From: Callorhinchus milii
Taxonomy: Eukaryota
DNA length: 50,648 nucleotides
Direction: 5' to 3'
Assembly: GCF_018977255.1 (NCBI RefSeq)
Contig: NW_024705373.1
Coordinates: 1 to 50,648, forward strand
Shown: piece after piece, positions 24,176 through 35,061 of the stretch
Numbering within the stretch: position 1 is the first letter of the stretch
Layout: every line of letters begins with the position of its first letter
Made by a program: the position numbers and the translations under genes
Notes under the pieces: model-generated
The model's database searches: none
What the model saw: the letters and a program-made list of their open reading frames with translations, nothing else
What the model was told of the DNA's origin: nothing

Positions 24176-25525
24176 TCAGAGGAAGTCCACCCACACCTCA
24201 ACTTCCACAAACTGCTGGGAGTTGCCTCGCTCTGCCTCACAGTCAGAATTCTCCTCCTGCTTCACGTTGCCTCTATCGATGTGAAGGTCTGATTTTGGAG
24301 TGAAATCTTCATCTTCACATTTTACCTTCACTTCTTCGCTCTTGACCATCACTTCTTCACATTTCACCTTCACCTCTTCATATTTCACCTTGATACCTTT
24401 AAAAGTGTCTAAGCTGGGATTTTCTTCCGGTTCTTGTTTAATGAGGGATGGGCTCATTGCGGCACTTTGACTTTCACAAGCCGATTTCAGACTCCACTCC
24501 TTCTGGATCTTCTGATGCTTGTGTGTTCTCTGGTGTGCATGAAGATTTGATGAAAGTGCAAATGTCTTCCCGCAAGGAGTGCACCTGAAGGGGTTCTCTC
24601 CCGTGTGTGTTCTCTGGTGTGCTACAAGACGAGTTGAACGTGCAAACGCCTTCCCACACACACTGCACTTGAAGGGTTTCTCTCCCGTGTGTGTTCTCTG
24701 GTGTATTCCAAGAGTAGATGACTGTGCAAATGCCTTCCCACAAACACTGCATTTGAAGGGTTTCTCTCCCGTGTGTGTTCTTTGGTGTGCTACAAGAGGA
24801 GATGAAAGTGCAAACGCCCTCCCACAAACACTGCACTTGAAGGGTTTCTCTCCTGTGTGTGTTCTCTGGTGGTCTACAAGAGTAGATGAGCGTGCAAACC
24901 CCTTCCCACACACACTGCACTTGAAGGGTTTCTTTGCCGTGTGTATTATCTGGTGTTTTGCAAGAGTAGATGACTGTGCAAACGCCTTCCCACACACACT
25001 GCACTTGAGAGGTTTCTCTCCTGTGTGTGTTCTCTGGTGTTCTACAAGAGTAGTTGACTGTGCAAACGCCTTCCCACACACACTGCATTTGAAGGGTTTC
25101 TCTCCTGTGTGCGTTCTCTGGTGTGCTACAAGAGAAAATGAATGTGCAAATGCCTTCCCACACACACTGCACTTGAAGGCTTTCTCTCCCGTGTGTGTTC
25201 TCTGGTGCATTGCAAGAGTAGATGACTGTGCAAACGCCTTCCCACACACACTGCACTTGAAGGGTTTCTCTCCCGTGTGTGTTCTCTGGTGTATTACAAG
25301 ACAAGATGAACGTGCAAATGCCTTCCCACACACACTGCATTTGAAGGGTTTCTCTCCCGTGTGTGTTCTCTGGTGTGCTACAAGATGAGATGAAAGTGCA
25401 AACGCCTTCTCACACACATTGCACTTGAAGGGTTTCTCTCCTGTACGAGTTCTCTGGTGCCGTGTCAAATTTCCAGTACGATTCATGCTGTAAGCACCGA
25501 GCCGCGCAGAGTGCCTTTGCTCCAT
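24176..25525 (-). CDS. C2H2 zinc-finger protein B: 11 fingers plus SUMO-motif tail (449 aa)
   Basis: Intact ORF with 11 CxxC-x12-HxxxH units, TGEKP-type linkers and an upstream splice acceptor. Confidence 0.92.
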   Translation of the reverse strand: MEQRHSARLGAYSMNRTGNLTRHQRTRTGEKPFKCNVCEKAFALSSHLVAHQRTHTGEKPFKCSVCGKAFARSSCLVIHQRTHTGEKPFKCSVCGKAFAQSSTLAMHQRTHTGEKAFKCSVCGKAFAHSFSLVAHQRTHTGEKPFKCSVCGKAFAQSTTLVEHQRTHTGEKPLKCSVCGKAFAQSSTLAKHQIIHTAKKPFKCSVCGKGFARSSTLVDHQRTHTGEKPFKCSVCGRAFALSSPLVAHQRTHTGEKPFKCSVCGKAFAQSSTLGIHQRTHTGEKPFKCSVCGKAFARSTRLVAHQRTHTGENPFRCTPCGKTFALSSNLHAHQRTHKHQKIQKEWSLKSACESQSAAMSPSLIKQEPEENPSLDTFKGIKVKYEEVKVKCEEVMVKSEEVKVKCEDEDFTPKSDLHIDRGNVKQEENSDCEAERGNSQQFVEVEVWVDFL

Positions 25526-25877
25526 TAGACTAATTCTGCAGAGGAAGTGACAGCTGCAGACAGAAAAAAAAATATCAACACCATCTACACGTCAGTATCG
25601 ATACACAGAGGAATGCATATTTACACAGATAAACGTCTATACCTATTCTTATATTCATGATATAGTGAAAAGTGTCCCAAATTCATCACACGGGCTGTTA
25701 TGGCACACAATGAGAAGGCAAATGGTCACAAACATGCCTAGAAGCCCTCATATCTTCAAAATGAATGTTAACCCAATACTCCGAGCACACAAAACGGCTG
25801 TCTGGCTACAAAAGTAATATTTATGAAAGCTAAATTCAGCTGATAAAGCAAAGGCTGTTGAAAATAATACTATTTGT

Positions 25878-26080
25878 TTTGATTTAAAGCTTTCGTGACT
25901 GCAGGGATTCATATTCTTGGTTCTTTCGGTAAAGTCACGTAGAAGGGAAACAATAAAATAATAAAAAATATAAAACAATAAAATTCTCACGATGTTTCAA
26001 CTGCAACACAAGTAATCTTCATCAGGTGTGGAAAAAAAACACCTGATGATGATTGCTTGTTTTGAAGTCGAAACGTCGTG
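25878..26080. mobile_element. Penelope-derived element with divergent hammerheads (25984-26028 minus, 26040-26080 plus; CUGAUGA core)
   Basis: cac-CTGATGA-t-gattgc..gaagtc-GAAAC-GTC-gtg on plus and its inverted partner. Homology of intron B to A and C stops at this element. Confidence 0.8.
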
Positions 26081-27059
26081 CTTGCGGGGGATTTGGCTCT
26101 CGGACGGTGGCCTTCACGTAGAAAAAAATTTGCCGAGCGACACGCCCTAAGCCCCGTGGTGGGAATAGGCTATTCCATTTTCCCATCCGTAAACATTAAA
26201 GTAGTTTAATTAACACATTTGTGCCGTTTCTATTATTCATTATTTACTTATTGCACGACATCGACCGTACCAACTGACGCCAATTGCGTGGGGGGCGGAC
26301 CCTACCAAGTGCTGCGCGTTCGCTCCAGCTCACGGGGGACATTTCCTTTTACACGTTTTACAGGCAATACATACACACATAACGCTGCGGATATTTATTC
26401 AGTGTCATGTCCTCTTGCCCCCCCAACACAATGCGTCCAGTTTATACTGCAGACTCCGTAAATCATATTTCAGTGCTTGCATACCATTATTCTTGCACGC
26501 CCGGGGGATGCTGGGGGGAGGGGTAGTGGCCCAGCCCCTAGCCTGGCAATGTGCCAACTCTGCTGCCTCGCCAATGTAGGCCAGGACGGGGGCTACGCAT
26601 GGCACAAGGCCTCAACATGGCTATGGTAAGTACAAAGTCCATTGCTTCTTACGCTAACAACTCAAGTCCATTGTTTACTATTGTTAAACACATTAGTTGA
26701 CAAACATTACTATAATAATGTTTGTGTGCAGATAGAACTCACGTTGATTGCTTATTATTATTTAAACAATACGTTGCCAGATATTGTGTGCAGATAACAA
26801 CTCAGGTTCATTGTTTACCATTATGAAACAAGTTGACATGTTACAATAATTATGTTTGTGTACACAAAACTCTTTTTGGATTTTTAGGTTGCTCATTTTT
26901 CCCTTTTTGCTGTCTTTTATGACGCTGCCACGGTCTACTGCCAGTCTGTGATTTGATTATTTCTTCAATAAATTTATATTGTTTCCATCGCTCACGTCAC
27001 GCTATTTCCTCATACGTAGTACTGCCATACTGATAGCTGTGCCATCATCGGGGATTGCT

Positions 27060-27600
27060 GTGCCCGTCGATGTGTGTGTCTTTGAGTCCATATGTGTGTG
27101 CGTGTAGAGCCATGCGTGTCTTTAACCCATGTGTGTGTCTGTCTTTTTCTAACGGACAACGCCCCATGTGTGTGTGTATGTCAAAGTGGTTATGTGTGTG
27201 TGTCAGTCCAAGTGTGCGTGTCAGTCCATTTGTGTGCGTATCAGTCGCTGTGTGTGTGTGTAAGTCCATGTGTGTGCTCTTAGTCCATATGGTGTGTAAG
27301 TACATGTGTGTTTACGTCAATGTGTGTGTGAGTCCACGTATTGCTGTGTGAGTCGGTGTGTGTGAGTCGCTGTATGTGTGTACATCCATATATGTGTGTG
27401 TATCTTAAGTGCATGTCTATGTGTGTGTGAGTCCATATGTGTGTGTCTGTAAGTCGATGTGTTTGTGTGAGTCGATATGTGTGTGTCTCAGTCCATGTGC
27501 GTGTGTGTTAGTCGCTGTGTGTGCATGCCTCCATGTTAGTCAGTGTAACTCCATTTCTTTGCGTGTCTGTAGGTCCATGTGTGCATCTTAGTCCATGCGT
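27060..27600. repeat. GT-rich degenerate minisatellite, probably internal to a non-autonomous Helitron
   Basis: Repeated gtgtgtgagtc(c/g)at-like units. The same tract resumes after the RTE fragment at 29015. Confidence 0.75.
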
Positions 27601-29014
27601 GTGCTTTATTGACCTGCTCAAGGCCTATGATACCATCAGTAGGCCTGGCCTCTGGGTTGCTCTTTGTGCTTTCCGAGTCCCTGACCCACTAATCACCATC
27701 CTTAAGGACCTTCATGATGGCGAGCCGCCCGCGTCTAAATACGTGGCCGTGAGTCAGAGCCATTCCCTTTCCACCTTGGGGTGCAACAGGGATGTCCTCT
27801 GGCTCCCACATTATTTTACATATATTTGGACCACGTAGTTCGTCAAGCCTTCAATGCCTGTACCGGAAGAATTCCCATCTGCTACAGAAACAATGGGAGG
27901 CTGATCGATGCCCGGGTGCGGTCAAGGGATGGCACTCTATTGTTCAACCACGTTATGTATGCCGATGATCTGCTAATTGCAACTCACTCGGAGGAGGAGT
28001 TCGAGGTGCTGCTGCTGAACCTGGAGCTTGCCACCAAGAGGTGGGGCCTTACCATCAGCCCCACCAAAACTAAGCACCTGCCTGGCTATTTTGTACCATT
28101 GGACACTCCACCCCCACAACTCCCAATTGGTGATGGGCAGTTGTGGAGACAGTGGAGAATTTCCCATACCTTGCCAGTGTGCTAATGACCGGCTCCGGTT
28201 TAACAGCAAAGGTCTCACTCCGAATCAGTCGAGCTGCATTATCTTTTCATTGGCTGCGTAACACTGTGTGGAAGCTACCTGGTCTATCACTCCGTACGAA
28301 GCTTCAGGTCTTCTCGGCCACGGTCATTCCCTCCCTTCTCGATGCTTGCGAAACTTGGACCCCCTAATGGAACATCTTCGCCGATTATAAACATTTAGGA
28401 TGGCCTGCCTACGATCCATCCTGGGTTTAACCAGGCTGCATTGTGTGAGGAGCTCACAAATCCTTGAAAGATGTGGACAAAGTCCCATCGGTGACCTCCA
28501 GCAGGCAAGGCTGCGTTGCCCGAGTCATGTAGCCCGCATGGCCAGCCACCGCATGCCTAAACAGCTTTTGTTCGACCGGATCGAGGGGGCTAACGGGCGC
28601 GGCACGGGCTGGAGAAGACATGGAGTGATCTGGTACAGGATGACTTGGAGCTGAGTCCACTTGCGGATGACTGGTACCAACGGTGTCAAGATCGGCCTCT
28701 GGAGCAGGCTCCTGAAGGACGCTACTGGGCAGTTGGAATCAGTCACCCTCCAACAACAACGGAGGGCGGAGGAGTGACGCTCACAACAACGAGCGGAGCG
28801 CCGGGTGGCTAAAGCACAGAAAGTTGCCACAGTAGGGGCCACAGGTGGTGCATCAGCCAGTCGTCTCAGTCAGTCGATCTGTGCCATCTGGGTTTGCCCC
28901 CTGACCTCCTGCCAGCGGGCGTTCGACACTTCATGTGGCCTCAAGGTGCACATAGCCTGGCACAAGCATTGTCGTGACGTCACCGCCACTTAGTGGTGAA
29001 TGGCGGTTTTTGTT
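27590..29014 (+). mobile_element. Second RTE-like LINE family, 5'-truncated and decayed
   Basis: CFIDLLKAYDTISR, QQGCPLAPTLF, MYADD; closely similar to 14670-15937. Confidence 0.87.
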
Positions 29015-29136
29015 CAGTCTATGTATGTATGTGTGAGTCGATTTGTGCGTGTAACTCTGTGTGTGTGAGTCGATTTGCGTGTGTAACTACATGTGTCTGC
29101 CTTTTTCGCCGGGCAACGCCGGGTACTAACCGCTAG
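29015..29136 (+). mobile_element. Helitron-like 3' end
   Basis: Hairpin ccgggcaacgccgg about 10 nt before CTAG (29133-29136), followed by T. The paralogous site in unit A reads ...cataa^tacagtg (A^T). Confidence 0.7.
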
Positions 29137-29147
29137 TACAATGATAA

Positions 29148-29365
29148 TACTATGTAACACAATTTTTGTTCCTGCGTACAAAGTGTTATTTTTTTTATTG
29201 CTTATGCCTAAAAAGTATAGAAAATCGCTATTATTCCCCACAAACTTTGCTTTTGGTCACAAAAGCAAAGTTTGTGGGGAATAATAGCATTTCCTGTACT
29301 TTTGAGGTATATGCAATTAGGAAATAACACTACCCAGGAACAAAAATGTTTTTTGTTACACAGTG
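29148..29365. mobile_element. Chapaev3-like MITE (unit B copy, centre deleted)
   Basis: (T)ACTATGTAAC...GTTACACAGTG with TAA flanks. Confidence 0.75.
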
Positions 29366-29409
29366 TAATAACTACGCCACCGCTCCCCACATAAATAAAC
29401 TCTTACAGA

Positions 29410-30061
29410 TGTAGTGACATTGCGGGATGTCACTGTGTAGTGCCGGCTCTAGAGAGGCACGGCGTGCGGTGTAACGACATCGCGGATACCATTATGGTGA
29501 GTGTAGTACTGGCCCTAGAGGGGCTCGGTGAGCGCTGATTGATATCGCCGGATGGCACCACGCTTGGCGTGTAGTGCCGGCCCTACAGGATAGGGTGTGG
29601 GAGTGCCAGCCGTAGGAATGAGGTTACTAAAGGCCATGGCACTCTGGTTGACCCGAGAGGGCACGTGACCAGTTAAGTCTACAAAGGGGCCCAAAGTGGG
29701 GGCTAGGGGTGGTCACGTGGTCGGGGTCCAGATCCTGCTCGAGGATTCTGAAAGGTGGTCGTGGCCAAGGGCGGAGCCAGCCACACCGCAAAAAATATAA
29801 GCCGGGTCCCCCAGAGGAACCGGCGTTGTTGTTCAACCTGAAGAAACGTTCGTCTACGTTCCACCAAGTCTACAACATGTGGAACTGGACCCGAGCTGTG
29901 GTCCCGGTCCGTAGTAGCTCGTTACGTTGTAATTAGTGCAGTTAGCCTGGTGGTCACCACCACAGGTTGTTATTCTGTTAAGGGGCAGTTACCCGTGTGT
30001 TGGTGTTAAATAAATGTGTTGCCTCCAAGTGTACGTCTGCGACTCAGTTGAACTCACTACA
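29410..30061 (+). mobile_element. Solo LTR, paralogue of 12478-13135
   Basis: TGTAGTG...CACTACA termini and the same flanks as in unit A. Confidence 0.85.
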
Positions 30062-32385
30062 CATACATTTCACATGAATGCCATGTAAGTGTGGATCACT
30101 TGTCAGCAGGTCATTGGAATGATCCAGGTGTCAAGGGATGAATGACTGAGATGTTTGACAGATGCACCAGCTGTGCTTCACACTGTCTTGCTGCATTTTA
30201 GGCACCCGGCGTTCCACCCATTCATGTGAGCGTTGCTCCTCCGATCTCACTGTTGTTGCAGAGCAAATATCTCAACTGCCCGCAGCATATATCACGGGCC
30301 TCCTCCACAGAGGCTGATCATGACACTCCTGGTACCAGTCATCAGCAGGTGTGATCAACTTCACATCCTCCAATCTCTTCTCAAGCCAATGCCATGCCTG
30401 TTTAGCTCGTAACACCTGGACTAACAGAAGATGCTTGAGCATGCTGTCTGTTTATGCGGGATTCATGACCCAACCAATGCAGCTTGGCCTCCCAAAGAAA
30501 CTCGCTGATTATGTTCTGTACTGATATTTTAGGGATCTGTAAGGTTCTAATACAATCTTGTTTGGTTCAATAGAGGGGATCATAGGCTGGCCAGTCTTAA
30601 TTATAAGCCAGAACAGACAGTCCTTTAATAAGTTAATATTTTGCATCCACAGAGAAAGGAGTAATATCTGTGGCCAAGAAGACTCACAGCTTTGTTTGTT
30701 CGTTTATTTCTAAATCCTCTTGTCTTGGTGAGGGTTGTAGCGGCAGCACATTTAGTAGGGCAGTCCAGACTTCCCTTTCCCTGGCGACAGACTCTGGATC
30801 TTCCTGGGGAATTCCCAGGCATTCCCAAATCAGCCAAGCGACATATTCCCACCAGCATGTACTTGCCTGGGCCCTGGGACTTCCCTCAGTGGGACGTGCC
30901 GATAGAGTTCCAGGGCAGTCTATTGGGGGGCCTCGTTACAGATATTGTATATTGATATCACTCGTGGAATGAGGCCTGGTGGCTCGGTGACCCACGTAAC
31001 CCATTTGGACCCAGCCTGGAATGGCTGCGTGGCACCGTCCTGTGCGCCCACCATCCACAGTACGACGAGTGAGAGGCGGGTGCGATGCCAGTATGGCAGG
31101 GAGAGGGATGGTCTCAGACAGACTAGACCTTGGTGATGGACACTCACAGCTTTGTATGGCGCAAAAGTCCAGGCAGCTTCACACAGTGTTACACAGTCTA
31201 ATGAAAGAATGCTGCTAGACTAAATTTAAAGTGAGACTTTGGCTGCCAAACCAGAGCTGGTCGTGAACACATTAACCAGGCATGGGAGCTCCTCCATTAC
31301 TTGTAGAACTGCCTGATTACTCATGGAGAGTTGAGCAGGTACAGTGTTGTATGACATGAAATTCCCAGGCAGGTGATTTATTTTGGTGGAACATACGCAA
31401 GGCCACCTTTCATGATGGAATTATCCAGGCACAGAACAAGATTATCTAACCCATCTCATTAAGTAGCCATTTCCAGATCATCAGCAGATATAACATGGTT
31501 GACCAAGGAACGATCCCTTAACTATAACCAGGCATCGATGCGCGTATCATTTTAACGTAACAATGCTATTTATTTCTATGGCCATTGAGAGCTTCTCAAA
31601 CGACATAATTATTGAAGATGCTCTGTAATGTAATGCATGGGGCCAGAGTGAATTTTTGTCACAAGCCAAGTTGAACAGGAAATGACTCCGACTCCTGGTC
31701 ACGCAGCTTTAGACGGGCTTTCCCCAAATCATAAAAATCATCAAAGAATGTGAGCAGAGCAGAGACGTAAAAAACAAAGAACCCAAAGCCCCAAGCCTCT
31801 ATATGGTACTATATGCCTTAATTACATCAATAAAGCAGAGATATAGTTTCTGCTGAAAATCGGCACTCCTCAGCCCCTTGAATATAGAGGTTACGATCTG
31901 GGAAAGTGCCTCGCAAAGCCAAAAGTGCGATATTCAATACTTAAGCCTTACCTAAATAATGGCATGAGGTAAAAGGAAAATAAAACTAAACAATTAAATG
32001 AACATTGAGAAACCATACACAAGACAAAATATGGGAAAAATCTATATAAATAAAGCAAACTTTGTGCACATGAACGTTTTTTTGGGAACCAAATTGTGCC
32101 AACACCACCAGATGGCAAAAATCCAACATTGTCTATCCTGAAGCTCTCCAAGGGCAACGTATTTAAAAGCTGTCTCATGAAACAAACAAGCCCCGGTATT
32201 GTATAACACAACCACAAAACCGTGACAATATACACATTTACAGCTTTCTTGGCAGAATTAAATTATTCTAATAAAGCCAGCATGGCAAGACATTACTTTT
32301 AATGTTTGATTACCGAGACCTGAGCTAAGCCGGGAAACTTAGTTATTACTGGATACTATACTTCCGATAAAGTTTGTGCGTGAGT

Positions 32386-32862
32386 GGGGAGCGGTAGTGC
32401 AACGGTTAGCGTGCTGCGCTATTAACCCAAGAGCCGATTTCTATTCCCACAGAGCCAAGCCACAACATTTGGCTGTCGTCTGATGAAGCTGGTTGGAATT
32501 AGTGTCAAAACGTTGTACTCAGATTGTAAATGTTGTGGCTTGGCTCTTCAACACACCGATGTGCTGTACTAGTACACTACACTATACACTATACACTACA
32601 CTACTATACACTACAGTATTATACACTACACACTAGTGCTGTACTAGTGACGCATTGGCCACGTTCTGTTTACGTGACAAACCCTTACTAATTGGATGTA
32701 TCGGGTGGTAGCGGGGTGAACGACACATTTATTTATTTACGCGATCTCACACAAACAAACCTGTATTATGGCTGTATATTTGGAGTTTGCGTGTCCCTCT
32801 CTCTCCGTGGTCGCGTGGATTTTCCTCCGGATCCTGCGGTTTTCCCTGCACATTTAGAGTCA
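32386..32862 (+). mobile_element. tRNA-derived V-SINE-like remnant, split by an insertion (paralogue about 39625-40056)
   Basis: Head with A-box TAGTGCAACGG and a degenerate B-box. The segment tggagtttgcgtgtccctctctctccgtggtcgcgtggattttcctccggatcctgcggttttccc resembles the V-SINE central domain. Confidence 0.65.
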
Positions 32863-32911
32863 ACATCACCACGCGTTTAGAGTATTTGACCGATAAACAT
32901 TTCCACACGTT

Positions 32912-33208
32912 AAATTTCGATTTAAAGCTTTCGTGACTGCAGGGATTCATCTTCTTGGTTCTTTCGGTAAAGTCACGTAGAAGGGAAGTAATAAATAATC
33001 AAAATAAAACAAAAATAATTCTCACGAGGTTTCGGCCACAACGCAAGCACCCGTCCTCAGGTGAAAACAGGTCTGTCGACACCTGGTTTTCACCTGAGGA
33101 CGGCTGCTTGCGTTGTGGCCGAAACGTCGTGAGAATTATTTTATTATGTTTTATTTTTATTATTTTATTACTTCCCTTCTACGTGACTTTACCGAAAGAA
33201 CCAAGACG
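32912..33208. mobile_element. 297-bp palindromic Penelope-derived element with two divergent hammerheads (33019-33067 minus, 33087-33135 plus)
   Basis: Perfect 13-bp TSD ATTTCCACACGTT (32899-32911, 33209-33221) and a single-copy empty site at 40096-40108. Confidence 0.93.
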
Positions 33209-33526
33209 ATTTCCACACGTTGATAAGCCCACTGTGTTGTGGGCAGGTCGCTTCTGAAAACGAGCGGTGTAGCTCAAGTGGGCTATGCCTGGTAAAATAA
33301 AAAAAACGTAGAAATATTTAAAGTAAAAACAAAGTTTCAAAGTAGTGAGCCAGGTGAAGACAAATTAAACTTAAGCAGAGAATTAAAGCAAATGCAATCA
33401 GGCGAGGGCAGGAGGCAAGGCCCCGCATGGCTAGGCCCGCGTTGTAATGTTCCAACCTGGACATCGATTCCATACTCGCTGCTACTCAATTGATATCCCT
33501 ACGAGGGAGAAGGAGCGAGGCTCTAC

Positions 33527-33900
33527 CTGGGTTCACAACAACAACCACAACAACAACAACCACCACGATGTAAACTTCTCACCTCGGATCTCAGTGAGCG
33601 AGCGTGCGCGGAGCAGCAGCTACCTGGTAACTCGTGACGTCATGCGGGGTTCACACAATCCTCTTCCCCAACGAGCAGCAGGGTAACTGAATATATTATG
33701 TTAATGAGAGGGGCCCATGTCAGGTGATGGTTCTTGGCTGCTGACCCCGTCCCAAATAAGCACTTTACTGGAACGGAAATCGGCAGACGTGACGTCACGC
33801 TCAAAATCCCGGTGGGGGTAAATACCTCGGTGACATGACGTCACTAATGGAGGACACCTCCCCCTCGCATATCATGCCGAGTTAATGAGGGTGACGTCAG
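33527..33900 (-). promoter_or_regulatory. Candidate promoter and non-coding first exon of ZNF B (CRE cluster)
   Basis: TGACGTCA at 33635, 33790, 33836 and 33892; CpG-rich; minus-strand donor-like sites CAG|GTAGAG (33527) and GAG|GTGAGA (33583). Confidence 0.5.
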
Positions 33901-34019
33901 AGAGCGAGATCAGGGTTAGAGTTCAAGTTTATTTAGATTCCATTTCTGTGGCTCCCTCTCTTGAACAGAGACCCATTGGGTGCGTGAGCTCAACAACGTG
34001 AACATTGTGTGTGGACACT

Positions 34020-34480
34020 GTTTGTTGGCGCAGTCGGGGGCACAGGTGGTGCATTGGCCAGTCATTTAAGTCAGTCGACCCATGACACCTGGATCTGCCC
34101 GTGCACATAGCCTGGCACAAGCGCCGTGGTGACGTCACCGCCACTTAGTGGCGAATGGCGGTTGTTACTGTGTGTATACACTGTGCGTGTACAGACTGTT
34201 TGTATACTGTGTGGGCAAACTGTGTGTACGCTGTGTACATGGTGTGTGTAGATCTTGTGGGTATACTGCGTGTAGTGTGGGTGGTCCGAATCAGTCGGGC
34301 GGCATTATCTTTACATCGGCTGCGCTATGCTGTGTGGAAGCTGCCTGGTCTGTCGCTCCACATGAAGCTTCGGTTCTTCTCGGCCAGTCATGCCCTCCCT
34401 CTGTAGGCATGTGAAACGTGGACCCCTCTAAATGGAACATCTGCGCCAGTTAGACACATTCAGGCTGTCATGCCTACACT
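34020..34480 (+). mobile_element. Fragments of the second RTE-like family
   Basis: 3' end motif at 34100-34167 and an internal RISRAAL..VWKLPGLSL piece at about 34285-34470. Confidence 0.7.
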
Positions 34481-35061
34481 CAGATTGAGGGAAGCCAAGT
34501 AGAAGCACATTCTCTATTTATTGCAGAGGTTCAAGGTTCAAATCCGACAGGCACGTCTGGCTACTCAAGGAACATTTAACAAAATATGCACCGTCTGCTT
34601 AAGATTGTGTCATTCAAAACGCATAGGTCATTGCATGTTGGTGTCATGGTCAATATTTGGGCAATTTCAAACATTATCCAGAAATTACATAATGAAGATT
34701 ACACATCAATCATCACCCCCTACTGACAGACTCATGCCCACATGCAGGTGACAGCAGAGTCACCTTATGACAGAGGCAGCTGCCACTTGAAGGTGCTCTT
34801 CGAGTGTTTGTGATGAGATATGAAACTGAGTTGCTGAGGCAATTAAACACCATATCAATGCAAATATAAATATAACAGTGGAATACTTAGAAGCTTATTG
34901 GCTCTTGCTCCTGATTCTTCATCTACCCAACCCACAGGTCAACAAATACTCGCCGCTCTTACTCTGCAGGTTGAACCCAGGAATTCAGTGTTCAATTTCA
35001 CGTTCTTTTCATTAAAGGCCTGTGACAAAGGTGCATCTATTGGAGCTTCATTGTCTCAAGC

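Larger units (their letters stand above)
30062..33690. repeat. Paralogous block of unit B (pairs with about 37760-40620); includes heavily decayed LINE-like sequence
   Basis: Collinear high similarity to unit C; weak RT-like remnants (..LGGLVTD.., IPRQVIY); a minus-strand fragment of the second RTE family at about 31650-31840. Confidence 0.85.

Noticed and set aside
24474..25388. Long alternative-frame and antisense ORFs over the finger arrays (288 aa and 269 aa here; similar ones over A and C)
   Set aside because: Expected shadows of an 84-bp repeat that lacks stops in other frames; no independent coding evidence.
24520..25430. Regularly spaced repeats with variable cores, superficially CRISPR-like
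   Set aside because: They are in-frame zinc-finger codons in a eukaryotic gene; no cas genes are present.
27045..27591. Cys/Val-rich and His/Thr-rich ORFs
   Set aside because: Products of the GT-rich minisatellite.
32386..32450. tRNA gene
   Set aside because: The B-box is degenerate and no full cloverleaf is visible; better explained as a SINE head.
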